A stretch of DNA of 64,000 nucleotides from an uncultured delta proteobacterium (GTDB lineage Bacteria > Desulfobacterota > Binatia > Bin18): the NCBI GenBank assembly GCA_963733195.1, contig CAVTCR010000060.1:1-64000 (forward strand), written 5' to 3'. Shown in pieces: positions 1 to 9,214 of the stretch; position 1 is the first letter of the stretch; every line of letters begins with the position of its first letter. The position numbers and the translations under genes are program-made. A model generated the notes under the pieces. The model was not told the origin of the DNA. It ran no database searches and worked only from the letters and a program-made list of their open reading frames with translations.

Positions 1-179
1 CAACGTGATGTATTCGGATCTGGTTCTGCTCGGGTACGTTTCTGGCAAACTCTCGCTCAACTGCTGGTGTGATACGTAGAGCAAGGGAGAGCATCGAGCA
101 GCCCTCCGGCGACGGCGTTGATCCAAAACGATGAATCAAGTGTTGCACTTTGCTTCACCGCCTTATTTGTGCATACCAT
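1..179 (-). CDS. Partial, frameshifted possible PIN-domain-like protein (runs off window edge)
   Basis: Manual minus-strand translation from ATG 179 gives MVCTNKAVKQSATLDSSFWINAVAGGLLDAL, resembling the first beta-strand/Asp motif of PIN-fold proteins; the frame breaks soon after. Confidence 0.3.
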
Positions 180-225
180 TCGTCGCATTGAAAAGCTTCC
201 TGCAATCTTCCAATGGCCCAATGAT

Positions 226-1741
226 TCAACGACTCAACTCTTGCAACAACGCCTTGGCCTCTTGCAAATCTTTCGTGTCAAAGCCTTCGGTGAACCAGTT
301 ATAGATCTTCCCTAACATCTGGTGAGCTTCTTTCTGGTTGCCTTGCCGCTGCCACAGCCGACTCAAACTCATTACTGCTCGCAGCTCTAATGACTTCGCC
401 TGCTGCGGGCGCCGTAGATTTCAATTGCTTTCAAAAAACATTCTTCCGCTTCGCCTTGGGGGTCGGGGGTCAGGGGGCGGGGGTCGGTAACTGACAACTG
501 ATGACTGACAACTGATGACTTTTGCAATGTTAGTGTTCCCTTGAGCCGATACACTTCCGCCTCGTAGGATAATCTCCGTTAATTGTACTCATCTTCAACG
601 CTTTCAGCTGAGCGCTTTCACCCGCGATTCAGGCTGCCCTGTCTTCCCAATGCGTCTCAGCCAGTAGAGTAAGCTGATACGGCTCCCTGCGCATAGCAGC
701 GCTCCCATAGCCCAGAGAGCGTCTGAGCCCCTGGCGCATTTGCGAGACGGCCTCTACTCCCTGTCCTTTTTCGGCCAGCGCCCAATCTTTCCAGATATTT
801 CCCAGTGCCGATACCAGCGCAAACCCTTGCTCGGTTGCAAGCGTGATCGACGCCTCTGCTCGCTCCTGGGCTGCTTGCTCTTCCCGGAGGTATTGATGGA
901 GTTGGGCAGCATGGCCCAGGGCCCCAGCCAGGTTGTAAAGATAAGACAGATCCTGAGCCCAAGACAGTGCTTCCCCCATCCTCTTTGGGGCTTGCTCTGG
1001 ATAACCGAGCAACCATACAGTATGAGCGGCAAATGAGAGGCAAGCCATCCTAGGATCATGTCCGTACACAAGAGCTAGAGCACGGTGCTTCTGAGGATCG
1101 TAAAAGGTTAGGCCTTGCTCAAAGTGCTCTCGGGGAAGAGGTCAATTCTCCAAAAGCGAACAAAGCCACTCCTGGCATATAGTGAGCCTCCACGAGGTAG
1201 GCCGGGTCTTAGATTTCTCTTTTTGGGCTAGGCGGAGGAGTTGCTTTCCTAGTTTGTACGCTGTCTGTAACTCTCCCCTGTACGCCAGAGAAATGCCATC
1301 AATCCTCTTAGTACCAAAAAGATTTGAAGGAGTTTCCCCCATCTGCCGGCACAGCTCTTGCGCCCGATTGTACGTTTTTTCTACTTCCGGGGCAGCAAAG
1401 CCTTTGGTGGTAATCAGTGGTGCGCCCAGAGTGATTTGCAGCGTGAGTTCTTGCTGGGCACGCTCGGGAGTGTCAGGGAGAGTCTTGAGTAGCTCCAACC
1501 CCTTGGTGAGATGACTTATCGCTTCCACATTGGCCGAGCGTTGGACTCGCTCTTTTCCCGCCCAAACAAGGACCTTGCCGTCCTCATCGCATGCCACTTG
1601 TTCAGCATCGATGAGTTCTGCTTTCAAGTCTTCCAGATACTCGTCATCGATCTCGAAGCGCCGTTTCAGCGCGCGATAAGCGACACGACCTTTGCTCTGT
1701 ACGAGGTCCCGGACCTGCGCCAGTATCTCATCAAATGTCAT
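226..1741 (-). pseudogene. Internally deleted, frameshifted class-3 adenylate/guanylate cyclase-AAA-TPR family gene
   Basis: N-terminus MTFDEILAQV...LVWAG joins directly to the TPR part (QRSANVEAISHLTKGLELL). Further fragments at 629-1069 and the family C-terminus [26 protein letters not shown] ending at 226. Homologous to the longer paralogue at 25673-29517. Confidence 0.8.
458..520. repeat. Short heptamer tandem repeats (GGGGTCG-like and CTGACAA/CTGATGA) inside the cyclase pseudogene
   Basis: gggggtcgggggtcagggggcgggggtcggtaactgacaactgatgactgacaactgatgact. Confidence 0.75.
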
Positions 1742-2065
1742 GACAAATGTCCATGTAGAGGTAAACTGCTCGTTCCTTGCTTGTCGTGGACTTTTCCCCT
1801 AATCGCCCTCGATCCTTCACTGCCCGTTCTACGCTGATCACGCCGCAGAAAGCAAGGCGTTCGTTCTCTCTTGTTCTTTACTGCGATGAATCAAGAGCGG
1901 AAAGGCTCAATTTTTCCCATGCGACGGGACCTGTACCAAAGAGCAAAGTCCACCGTGGACTGAAACCCCACGGTTACTATCGTGGCCTCGCGACGGTTGA
2001 CCGCGTGCTCCCAACAATGCACACTTCGCACTTCGCTTCACAGCTTTCAGCAAAAGGAAGAGCGC

Positions 2066-3079
2066 ATGAATAATTCTCAATCCGGCTTAGGCCTAGCACT
2101 CCCAGTGCGGGAGAGTATTGGTTTTCGCAAAAGCATCGAATTAGCCAAAGAGGCTGAACAATTGGGATACCGCTCGCTGTGGACTGCAGAAGTCAGTGGC
2201 TACGATGCGCTGACAGTGCTGGCAACCTACGCCACCGTTACGTCACGCGTGCAACTTGGGACGGCGGTGATTGCCTTGTCTTCACGAACTCCAGTGATGA
2301 CGGCGATGAGTTTTGCTTCAATCCACGCACTCTCTGAAGGCCGGGCGATCATCGGCCTTGGCGTTGGCAGTCCGATTATTGCTGAACGTTGGCATGGAGT
2401 GCCGTATCCACGGCCTGTCCCGGCTATGCGTGAAGCGATTACCGTTATGAGGCAAGTGCTGAATGGCGAACGCACCAACTTTGAGGGAAAGTATTATCGC
2501 TCCAAAGGCTTCCAGTTGGGGCTCTCGCTGCCTAAAGACAAACCAGTACCGATCTACATCGCCGCGTTGAATCCGCCCATGCTCCGACTCGCTGGCGAGC
2601 TTGCGGATGGTGTGTTGTTCAACTACTCACCACCAGAAGCGATCGGCCCAATGATTGCCGAAGTGCAAAACAGTGCCCGCAAAGCTGGACGTGATCCTAA
2701 CTCCATCGACTTTGCCATGTATGTCCGCTGCTGTGTCACTGATGATATCCACACTGCTGCCCAAGCGTACAAACGCGAGCTGTCGTCGTATGGCTTTGTT
2801 GATCCCTATGTGAATATGTTCACTCGCTACGGCTTTGGCGACGACATGCAAGGATTTCGCAAACTCTGGCAAGAAGGCAGGCGCGACGAAGCGGTGCAGT
2901 GCATTTCTGATAAGATGGTCCATACGCTCGCCGCTATCGGCCCCAAGGAAAAAGCGCGCGACTATATTCAAGCGTGTCGTGCTGCTGGACTGACCCATCC
3001 GATTTTGTTTCCCATCGGCGCACCGAAAAACGCACCGCAGGAATTGCCACGCACGATGCATGCGTTAGCGGAACTTTAA
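2066..3079 (+). CDS. LLM-class (luciferase-like) flavin/F420-dependent oxidoreductase
   Basis: AEQLGYRSLWTAE, VQLGTAV, GRAIIGLGVG, PIYIAALNPPMLRLAGELADG motifs; AAGGAAG RBS before ATG 2066. Confidence 0.9.
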   Translation: MNNSQSGLGLALPVRESIGFRKSIELAKEAEQLGYRSLWTAEVSGYDALTVLATYATVTSRVQLGTAVIALSSRTPVMTAMSFASIHALSEGRAIIGLGVGSPIIAERWHGVPYPRPVPAMREAITVMRQVLNGERTNFEGKYYRSKGFQLGLSLPKDKPVPIYIAALNPPMLRLAGELADGVLFNYSPPEAIGPMIAEVQNSARKAGRDPNSIDFAMYVRCCVTDDIHTAAQAYKRELSSYGFVDPYVNMFTRYGFGDDMQGFRKLWQEGRRDEAVQCISDKMVHTLAAIGPKEKARDYIQACRAAGLTHPILFPIGAPKNAPQELPRTMHALAEL

Positions 3080-3318
3080 TCTCCGGCGAGAGCCTGCCCT
3101 TCGACGGTCAAACTGATAACTCAACACATGGCACTTGAACCGCCTTTCGACAATTCGATTATTTCACTTCCCTTCAGCCTGAAGCCTACAGCCTATAGCC
3201 TTTTCCCCATTCCTCGTTTCTTGGTAGGGCTACTGCCAAAGAAAAAGACTTATCCCCCTTTGCCTTCGCTCTCATTTGTTACTTATAATGCTGACGATAC
3301 AGAACGGAACACGCATCA

Positions 3319-3720
3319 ATGACTGTTCAGCCCCTTCACATTGAACACCCAGAGGCGATCTACCAGCGTTTGCAACGAGTGGCGGAGGTAACGAACCAAC
3401 CACTAGAGACAATCGTAACACAAACGATCCGTGGGAATTTGCCCCCATCGTTTGACGATCTCAGTCCCGAGTGGCGTGAGGTCGTTGCTGATTTGCCGGC
3501 TTTGAGTAACGAGGCGCTGTGGGCGATCATACGAGAGCCGTTACCGCCTTCGCAGTGGCACCGCCACCAACGTCTATTGCACAAAGGACAGGAAGACACG
3601 CTGACAGAGGCGGAGAATAGCGAACTAACGGCACTGCGTACGAACACCGATCGGTATGTTACTGGACGCTCTTATGCACTTGCCTTACTCAAGTGGCGAG
3701 GGCATAACCCTTCCGTCTGA
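3319..3720 (+). CDS. Hypothetical protein, antitoxin-like partner of the downstream HNH gene
   Basis: 133-aa helical ORF with an RHH-like N-terminus (IYQRLQRVAEVTNQPLETIV), ending 10 bp before the HNH gene. Confidence 0.65.
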   Translation: MTVQPLHIEHPEAIYQRLQRVAEVTNQPLETIVTQTIRGNLPPSFDDLSPEWREVVADLPALSNEALWAIIREPLPPSQWHRHQRLLHKGQEDTLTEAENSELTALRTNTDRYVTGRSYALALLKWRGHNPSV

Positions 3721-3730
3721 TGGATAGTTA

Positions 3731-4191
3731 ATGGCTAGGCGTCCGCGACTGACAGCGACTCTTCGCCGACAAATCATAGAACGAGAGAATCAACGTTGTA
3801 CGTACTGCCGCAGCCCGATGCTAGTTGGCATACCGATGGTCATCGATCACGTGATCCGCTTACTGTCGGAGGAACTTCAACGTTTGAGAATCTCTGCCTT
3901 GCGTGTTACCGCTGTAACGAATTTAAGGGTCCTCGAACAGAAGCGAGGGATCCTAACGAGGGACGACAGATACCACTCTTTCCATCCACGACAGCAGCAA
4001 TGGCATGCGACCATTTCGCCTGGCACGCCAGATGGCAAACATCTAGAAGAGGTCTGACACCGTGCGGTCGCGCCACTGTCGACATACTGCGCCTCAACAA
4101 CGATGGTGTGCAGGCGCGCCGGATTTGGATGCGAATAGGCCTACATCCGCCGCTAGAGTTGTATTGTCACGAGCATTTTGCTTATCGGTAA
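3731..4191 (+). CDS. HNH endonuclease (frameshifted)
   Basis: Joining frames gives RCTYC...IDHVI..GGTSTFENLCLACYRCNEFKG...LFHPRQQQW...GLTPCGRATVDILRLN. Confidence 0.85.
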
Positions 4192-4316
4192 GTTTCAAAC
4201 AAGTAGATGAAGAAAATTGCAACGTCTCTTATTCTTAAAGGAACATAAAAAGTATTCAGGGAAAGGTGCAACTTATTGATACGAGCTTTCTAATAGGTGA
4301 CTTAATTATTTGAGCT

Positions 4317-6224
4317 TTAGAGAAGATATTCTAAGCATATGCTGACATACTTATGATAGTAGAAGTACTCATCTCTACTCACAGGCTATGCTATTGGATC
4401 TGGATGTGAGACGTGTTTTTTGTTCCGCTTGTCGAAAAGATTCTTAATTTTCAAGCAGGTCTCATGGGAAATCCGCTTCTCTATAAGGAACTCTGAAACT
4501 TTCGTAGCGTCATACTGTTTTTCGTCAATCGTACGTCTATCAAGCTTACAACAAATCGCATGTATCTCATTTAATAAGTGATTGAGGGTGATGGAGTATT
4601 CACTTCTGCGTTCGTACTGTACTCGCAGTCTAATCTGCTCGATTATGCTTGCGCTTGTAGCAATCTTAAAAACTTGAGTATCGTGAAGAGCAAAGTATCT
4701 TGGCGTGGTCGTTGCGTTTGAAGATTCGTCGAAAATTCTCATTATGTGTCGCATTGGTTTATGTTCTTTTAATAGCTCAACTAGTTCGTGGCATTGGAAA
4801 TCTGTTTGACATATATAATTCAGGATCAGGTGAACGTCTCGCGAGGTTAAGCTTTTCTTTTCTAGGAGAAACTGCTAAATTTTCTTGTTGCTACTTTATC
4901 GTTTAGCAACACAATTAGAATCTCGTGGTTGCGCGATCACAAAGTCAAAGTTGAATCTGTCAAAAATATGATGAGTCTCACTGTTTTCTGGTTTTCGAAA
5001 AAGTTGGCTAACGCTCGTATCGTATACCTCTTTCAATATCTCATCATCGAGATCTCTATGCGCGTTGAAGGTTGGATCTAACGATGTTTGCTTGAGTTTA
5101 TCAAGTTGTTGGAGAATAAGGTTGACTCTCGTATTAGGATCGCTTCTAGTTTCATCATCAGTCAAGTCATAGCTAGGTGATACTCTTTTTAGGTTATTGA
5201 GGAGGTCTTCCTGATCTTGTTGCTTCTTCATCGACGAGAGCTTCGTTTTGACATTGAGGCGAAGCTTAAGTCTTTGATAAAGGTATTCGCTATCTGGGGC
5301 GCTAATGATCTAATAAACACTTCTCTGTCTGACTAACGTGCTCACGGAATTCCAATGAGATATACACGTCGTCTACATAACGGATAATCGCATGTTCTCG
5401 AATTCTAGAAGTATACTTACGAATCTCTTGCTCGATGAACAGGTCACTAAAAACTAGGTATAGGTTTCCGATGAAACTAGAAATTACATCATTATCGGTC
5501 TGAGGAATACTTATGCGTCTATTGGCTATGAAATCGAAGAAGGAAGCAATTTGCTCTCGAGCTATCGGGTCAAACTGCAATTCTTTCTGAATACTAGGTT
5601 TCACATATTCAGCTAGCAAGCTGAGTAAAGTCGGTATTGAGATGTCTTCAAAGTAGTTTTGAAATATTGCAAAATGATTACAACTTTATGTTGCAGTATG
5701 TCTCCGCTGATCTCTTTCCTTATCTTATTGCGGAATCGTTGATAGTGCGGCTTGTACTAAACGCTGTTGGTGGTCAACTGCTACTGGAGCGGCTGTTTAT
5801 CAAATATCACTACTATAGTCGAACTAATATGCTTATGTGGCTGATAATACTGTTGGATAACTTCTTGAGATAAAACCTGATGAGGTAGAGTCTTATCGCA
5901 TAGTAGGCGATACGCATTGGGTAGGTGAAGAATCGATATTTCCGGAGCTCGAAGGTTGGATTTCGGTATCGGATACTAATGGATCGCAAACTCCTTTTCG
6001 AGATCGTATAGAAGATTGTTCGCTACTCTACCTAAAATATGACTCTTCTCGTAACTGATCCTTATCTATCTTGCTAAGTTTCTCATAGTAGAACATGCTC
6101 AACGTATTGTAGTGCTTATTTCTCGGCTTAAGTGATAGCTGGTATTCTAACAGGTCAAGCGCCTTAGTCCAGAAACGAAAAATAATTCTAGGAAGTACTT
6201 AAGCTGTGGAGATTGAGATTGCAC
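4317..6224 (-). pseudogene. AbiA-like abortive-infection reverse transcriptase with C-terminal HEPN domain (multiple stops/frameshifts in this assembly)
   Basis: Reconstructed from GTG 6224: ...NKHYNTLSMFYYEKL...YPIPKSNL..RKYRFFTYPMR...QNYFEDISIP...SIPQTDNDVISSFIGNLYL...IIRYVDD (5368-5379)...LRLNVKT...LNHLLNE...LFDKRNKKHVSHP (Rx6H). About 1.9 kb, AT-rich. RT plus HEPN and this length match the AbiA architecture. Confidence 0.8.
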
Positions 6225-6254
6225 GTTTATCTGTTGTCTTCTTACAAAGTTCCT

Positions 6255-6428
6255 TGGTGGCTTTGCCTCAGAGCGAGGCTCACTCCTCCTTACCACTCGA
6301 CCCGACGCCCCCTCGACTCTAAGTCTCGTCGGTCTTTCCGTCCCCGGATCACTCCGGGTTTGGCTCGTTCCACACTTCGAACTTGCTCTGCGCTAGTCGG
6401 ACAATGCTCGCAACGAGATACATCGACT
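6255..6428 (-). ncRNA. Candidate structured leader/ncRNA upstream of the AbiA-like RT, containing a GEMM (c-di-GMP-I) P2-like module
   Basis: Hand-folded stems: AGUCG/CGACU enclosing CUCG-UUG-CGAG; GUUC/GAAC; GCCAAACC-CGGA-GUGA-UCCG-GGGACGGAAAG; CCGACG/CGUCGG; GUGGU/GCCAC enclosing GCCUC-GCUCU-GAGGC. Confidence 0.5.
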
Positions 6429-6430
6429 CA

Positions 6431-6460
6431 CTCTTATCAATACTGCTCGACTAAAGTCAA
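6431..6460 (-). promoter_or_regulatory. Putative sigma70 promoter for the leader and RT, with a near-palindrome over the -35 box
   Basis: TTGACT (6460-6455), 18-nt spacer, TG-n-TAAGAG (weak -10); TTGACT-TT-AGTCGA near-dyad at 6447-6460. Confidence 0.35.
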
Positions 6461-6561
6461 AGGAAAAATCTATGTCGAATGGAGGAAGAGGCGTTCGTCT
6501 AACTTTCGCTTCCGATTTCGATTTTCTTATTTTTCGCGGCTGTACATAAGTTTTCCTAATA

Positions 6562-6581
6562 CTTTAGTGCTAGTACTAAAG
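6562..6581. promoter_or_regulatory. 20-bp near-perfect palindrome, operator-like
   Basis: CTTTAGTGCTAGTACTAAAG. Confidence 0.45.
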
Positions 6582-6636
6582 GACAAATTTTGCGTGCTCG
6601 AAAGAGGAAGGAGATTCCCTTGGTCTTTGCCAAGTT

Positions 6637-6664
6637 GTAGGGGCGAACAGCCTTTCACCCCTAC
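6637..6664. repeat. REP-like palindrome (GTAGGGGCG...CCCCTAC family)
   Basis: gtaggggcgaacagcctttcacccctac; same family as 26963, 27518, 32916 and 43721. Confidence 0.75.
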
Positions 6665-6693
6665 TTTAACTGACTTTCTCTACATATTCAGTC

Positions 6694-6717
6694 ATAGTCG
6701 AATAATTATTCGACTAT
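6694..6717. promoter_or_regulatory. Perfect 24-bp palindrome followed by a third half-site
   Basis: ATAGTCGAATAA-TTATTCGACTAT, then aaTCGAATAAtt. Confidence 0.6.
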
Positions 6718-6737
6718 AATCGAATAATTTCTCTCGC

Positions 6738-6935
6738 TTGGAAATTAAAACCAGTGCGTTTCATGCTGTCCAGTTGAACGGACTCTTAGAGTTCTGTCGT
6801 CGCTATCCGCGTTACCGGCCGCTGGTGATTACTGCGCCCGGTGATGAACCGTTGGCAACACGCCTGGGACTTACGGCGATGAACTGGTCGGAGTTTTTAC
6901 TGACAGGGCTGCGGAGCCGAAACGCTGGCGAATAG
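6738..6935 (+). pseudogene. C-terminal remnant of an AAA-ATPase/DUF4143 (PD-(D/E)xK-like) protein
   Basis: EIKTS...GLLEFCRRYPRYRPLVIT...MNWSEFLL resembles the ExK-containing tail of this family; no upstream ATPase domain is present. Confidence 0.5.
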
Positions 6936-7051
6936 GATAGTCACCTACAGAGGATCAGAGAACCGGACTATAACACTTCGTCCCCCCTCTCCGCTCCTCA
7001 TTATTCCCCGTTTCCCCTTTTACCCATTCCCCCTTTTCGCCTTGTCTGTTA

Positions 7052-8806
7052 TTACCATCCCATCGCATAGGATGGCATGCGTTTGCTTTGCTCGCCGCGT
7101 GGGTCGGCACCGCCATGCAGCACACCACGTTCGAGATCAACGCAGATCCCGAGCACATCGCCTTCGCTCCAATCTTCTTTTACATCAAGTTTGTGGCCAC
7201 GTGCTTCTAATTCGCGGCGGATTTCGTATGGCACCCGTTCCTCGATACGCAACAAACCCGGCACGGCATTGTGCGGATAAAAGCTCGACGGAAAATGCGC
7301 AGAGGAGAAACGTGGTGCTTCAATCGCATCCTGCACCGGCATGCCAAACTCCACCACATTCAGGAAGAACTGTAACGTCCATTGATCCTGTTGATCTCCC
7401 CCCGGTGTGCCAAACACCATACACGGCGCGCCATTTTTCAGTACGAGCGTTGGCGTCAGCGTTGTGCGTGGGCGTTTACCTGGGACTAATGCATTAGGGT
7501 GACGTGGATCGAGATAGAAGGTTTGCACTCGTGTCCCTAACGGGAAACCAATGCCATCAATGACCGGAGACGAAGGAATCCACGCTCCACTTGGCGTAAA
7601 CGAGGCCATGTTCCGTTCTTTATCAACGACCGTGACATACACCGTTCCAGGTCCCCAGTTGCGAGCAGCAAAGATTTCTTCTCCTTGCAGCAAGGCAGCG
7701 CCAGTAAGCGGGTTCCCTGGTCGTTGATCCCGCGAGGCACGACGTGGATCGATGAGCGTCCGACGATTGGCTGCGTATTCCTTTGAGAGGAGCCCGGCAA
7801 GTGGAACATCAATAAAGTCTGGATCACCGTAGTACTGCTCACGATCGGCGAAGGCGAGTTTGGTAGTCTCGGCGATCGTGTGGATATAATCAGCACTGTT
7901 ATGCCCAAGACCTTTCAGGTCATAGCCTTCCAGGATGGCAAGCTGTTGCAGGAAGACCGGGCCTTGGCTCCACGGCCCGCATTTATAGACATCGTAGCCG
8001 CGGTAATTAATCACCACTGGTGACTCAATCTTGCAATGAAAATTGGCAAAGTCTTCTGCGGTAAGAAATCCGCCGTGCGCTTGGGCGTGCGCGGCAATAA
8101 TCTGCGCGATCTCTCCTTTGTAGAACGTATCACGCGCTGCCGCGAGTCCGTGTTCACGACCTTGACTCTGTCCCTTTCTCTCTGCGTCGATCAATCGGCG
8201 GAAGGTGCGCCCGAGGTCAGGATTCTTCAATACTTCACCGACATCAGGGAGTCGTCCGCCCGGCAAATAGACTTTCGCGGATGACGGCCAGTTCTTACGG
8301 AAATTTTCTGCGTTTCCAGCAATCGAAAAGTCGGTCAGCATGTACGCTGGAGCAGGTCCACGCAGCGCTTTATGCAGCGGAAATCCACCTTCTGCGAGTT
8401 CAAGCGCCGGTTCGACAACTTCAGTAAAACTGAGCGTGCCAAACCTCTCAAGTACGCTCAGGATGGCGTCAGGAGCTGCACAAGGTCCAGCAGCAAGAAC
8501 TCCGTTGAAAGGAATGAGATTCATCTCGTTCCGTCGGAACCAATCGATATTTGCCGCTTTGGGAGCAACGGTATCGCCGTTGACCGAATAGACCTGTTTC
8601 TCTTTTGCGTGATAGACAAGAGCGGAAATCTCTCCGCCAAAGGTATGCATATGCGGGTTGAGCACCCCTTCAGCCAAGGTTGCCGCGACTGCCGCATCAA
8701 ACGCGTTCCCTCCGGCGTGAAGCATACGCATCCCGGCTTCGGCGGACAGGTAGTGCTCCGTTGCGATCATTCCTCGTGTTCCCATGAGTGTCGGGCGATA
8801 AGCCAT
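7052..8806 (-). CDS. Gamma-glutamyltransferase family protein
   Basis: GGNAFDAAVA, TKLAFADREQYYGDP, catalytic Thr in PGTVYVTVVD, PGKRPRTTLTP, FGTPGGDQQDQW, GGADPR. Confidence 0.93.
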   Translation of the reverse strand: MAYRPTLMGTRGMIATEHYLSAEAGMRMLHAGGNAFDAAVAATLAEGVLNPHMHTFGGEISALVYHAKEKQVYSVNGDTVAPKAANIDWFRRNEMNLIPFNGVLAAGPCAAPDAILSVLERFGTLSFTEVVEPALELAEGGFPLHKALRGPAPAYMLTDFSIAGNAENFRKNWPSSAKVYLPGGRLPDVGEVLKNPDLGRTFRRLIDAERKGQSQGREHGLAAARDTFYKGEIAQIIAAHAQAHGGFLTAEDFANFHCKIESPVVINYRGYDVYKCGPWSQGPVFLQQLAILEGYDLKGLGHNSADYIHTIAETTKLAFADREQYYGDPDFIDVPLAGLLSKEYAANRRTLIDPRRASRDQRPGNPLTGAALLQGEEIFAARNWGPGTVYVTVVDKERNMASFTPSGAWIPSSPVIDGIGFPLGTRVQTFYLDPRHPNALVPGKRPRTTLTPTLVLKNGAPCMVFGTPGGDQQDQWTLQFFLNVVEFGMPVQDAIEAPRFSSAHFPSSFYPHNAVPGLLRIEERVPYEIRRELEARGHKLDVKEDWSEGDVLGICVDLERGVLHGGADPRGEQSKRMPSYAMGW

Positions 8807-8893
8807 GGTTTTCTCCTTCGGAGGAGTGAAGAATTGAGAGTGAAGAGTGAAGAATGGAAAACACTCTCGATCTCCTTTTCTCTTGTGTAATTC

Positions 8894-9214
8894 TTAACTC
8901 TTCACTTTTAACTTTTCACTAATTTCGCTTACTCGCTCCTGTACCACGTCCGGTGGACAAAGGGAAATAAACCAACGCGCGGCCAGGAGAATCACCCCGA
9001 GATCATCCACAACACCGAAGAGCGGCGCAATCAACTCAGGAACAAAGTCGAAAGGAGAGAGGACATACAAGGCGGCAGCGACGAGAATAGCCTTTGCCCG
9101 TAATGGAACGCGCGGGTCTTTGAAGAGTCGCCAATAAAGCTTAGCAAAATTAGGTAAATGTCGAGTTAACCTGAGGATTTGCCAGGTTGAAAGATGTGTT
9201 GGGGGCGTCTTCAT
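8894..9214 (-). CDS. YkvA/DUF1232 family membrane protein
   Basis: DPRVPLRAKAIL...YVLSPFDFVPE...GVVDDL. Confidence 0.88.
   Translation of the reverse strand: MKTPPTHLSTWQILRLTRHLPNFAKLYWRLFKDPRVPLRAKAILVAAALYVLSPFDFVPELIAPLFGVVDDLGVILLAARWFISLCPPDVVQERVSEISEKLKVKS

Noticed and set aside
118-315. 65-aa plus-strand ORF
   Set aside because: It is largely the antisense shadow of the cyclase-family C-terminus.
6242-6292. AAGGAGG followed by GTG as a 13-codon uORF or alternative RT start (minus strand)
   Set aside because: The Shine-Dalgarno-to-start spacing is only 1 nt, too short to be convincing.
4317-6428. Interpreting the RT as a retron, group II intron maturase or DGR
   Set aside because: I found no retron-type VTG motif or a1/a2 repeats, no maturase domain or intron domain V, and no template/variable repeat pair. 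The C-terminal Rx6H HEPN motif and length fit AbiA better.
6213-6719. 168-aa plus-strand ORF
   Set aside because: Arg/Ser-rich with no motif, and it overlaps the structured leader, palindromes and a REP; likely spurious.
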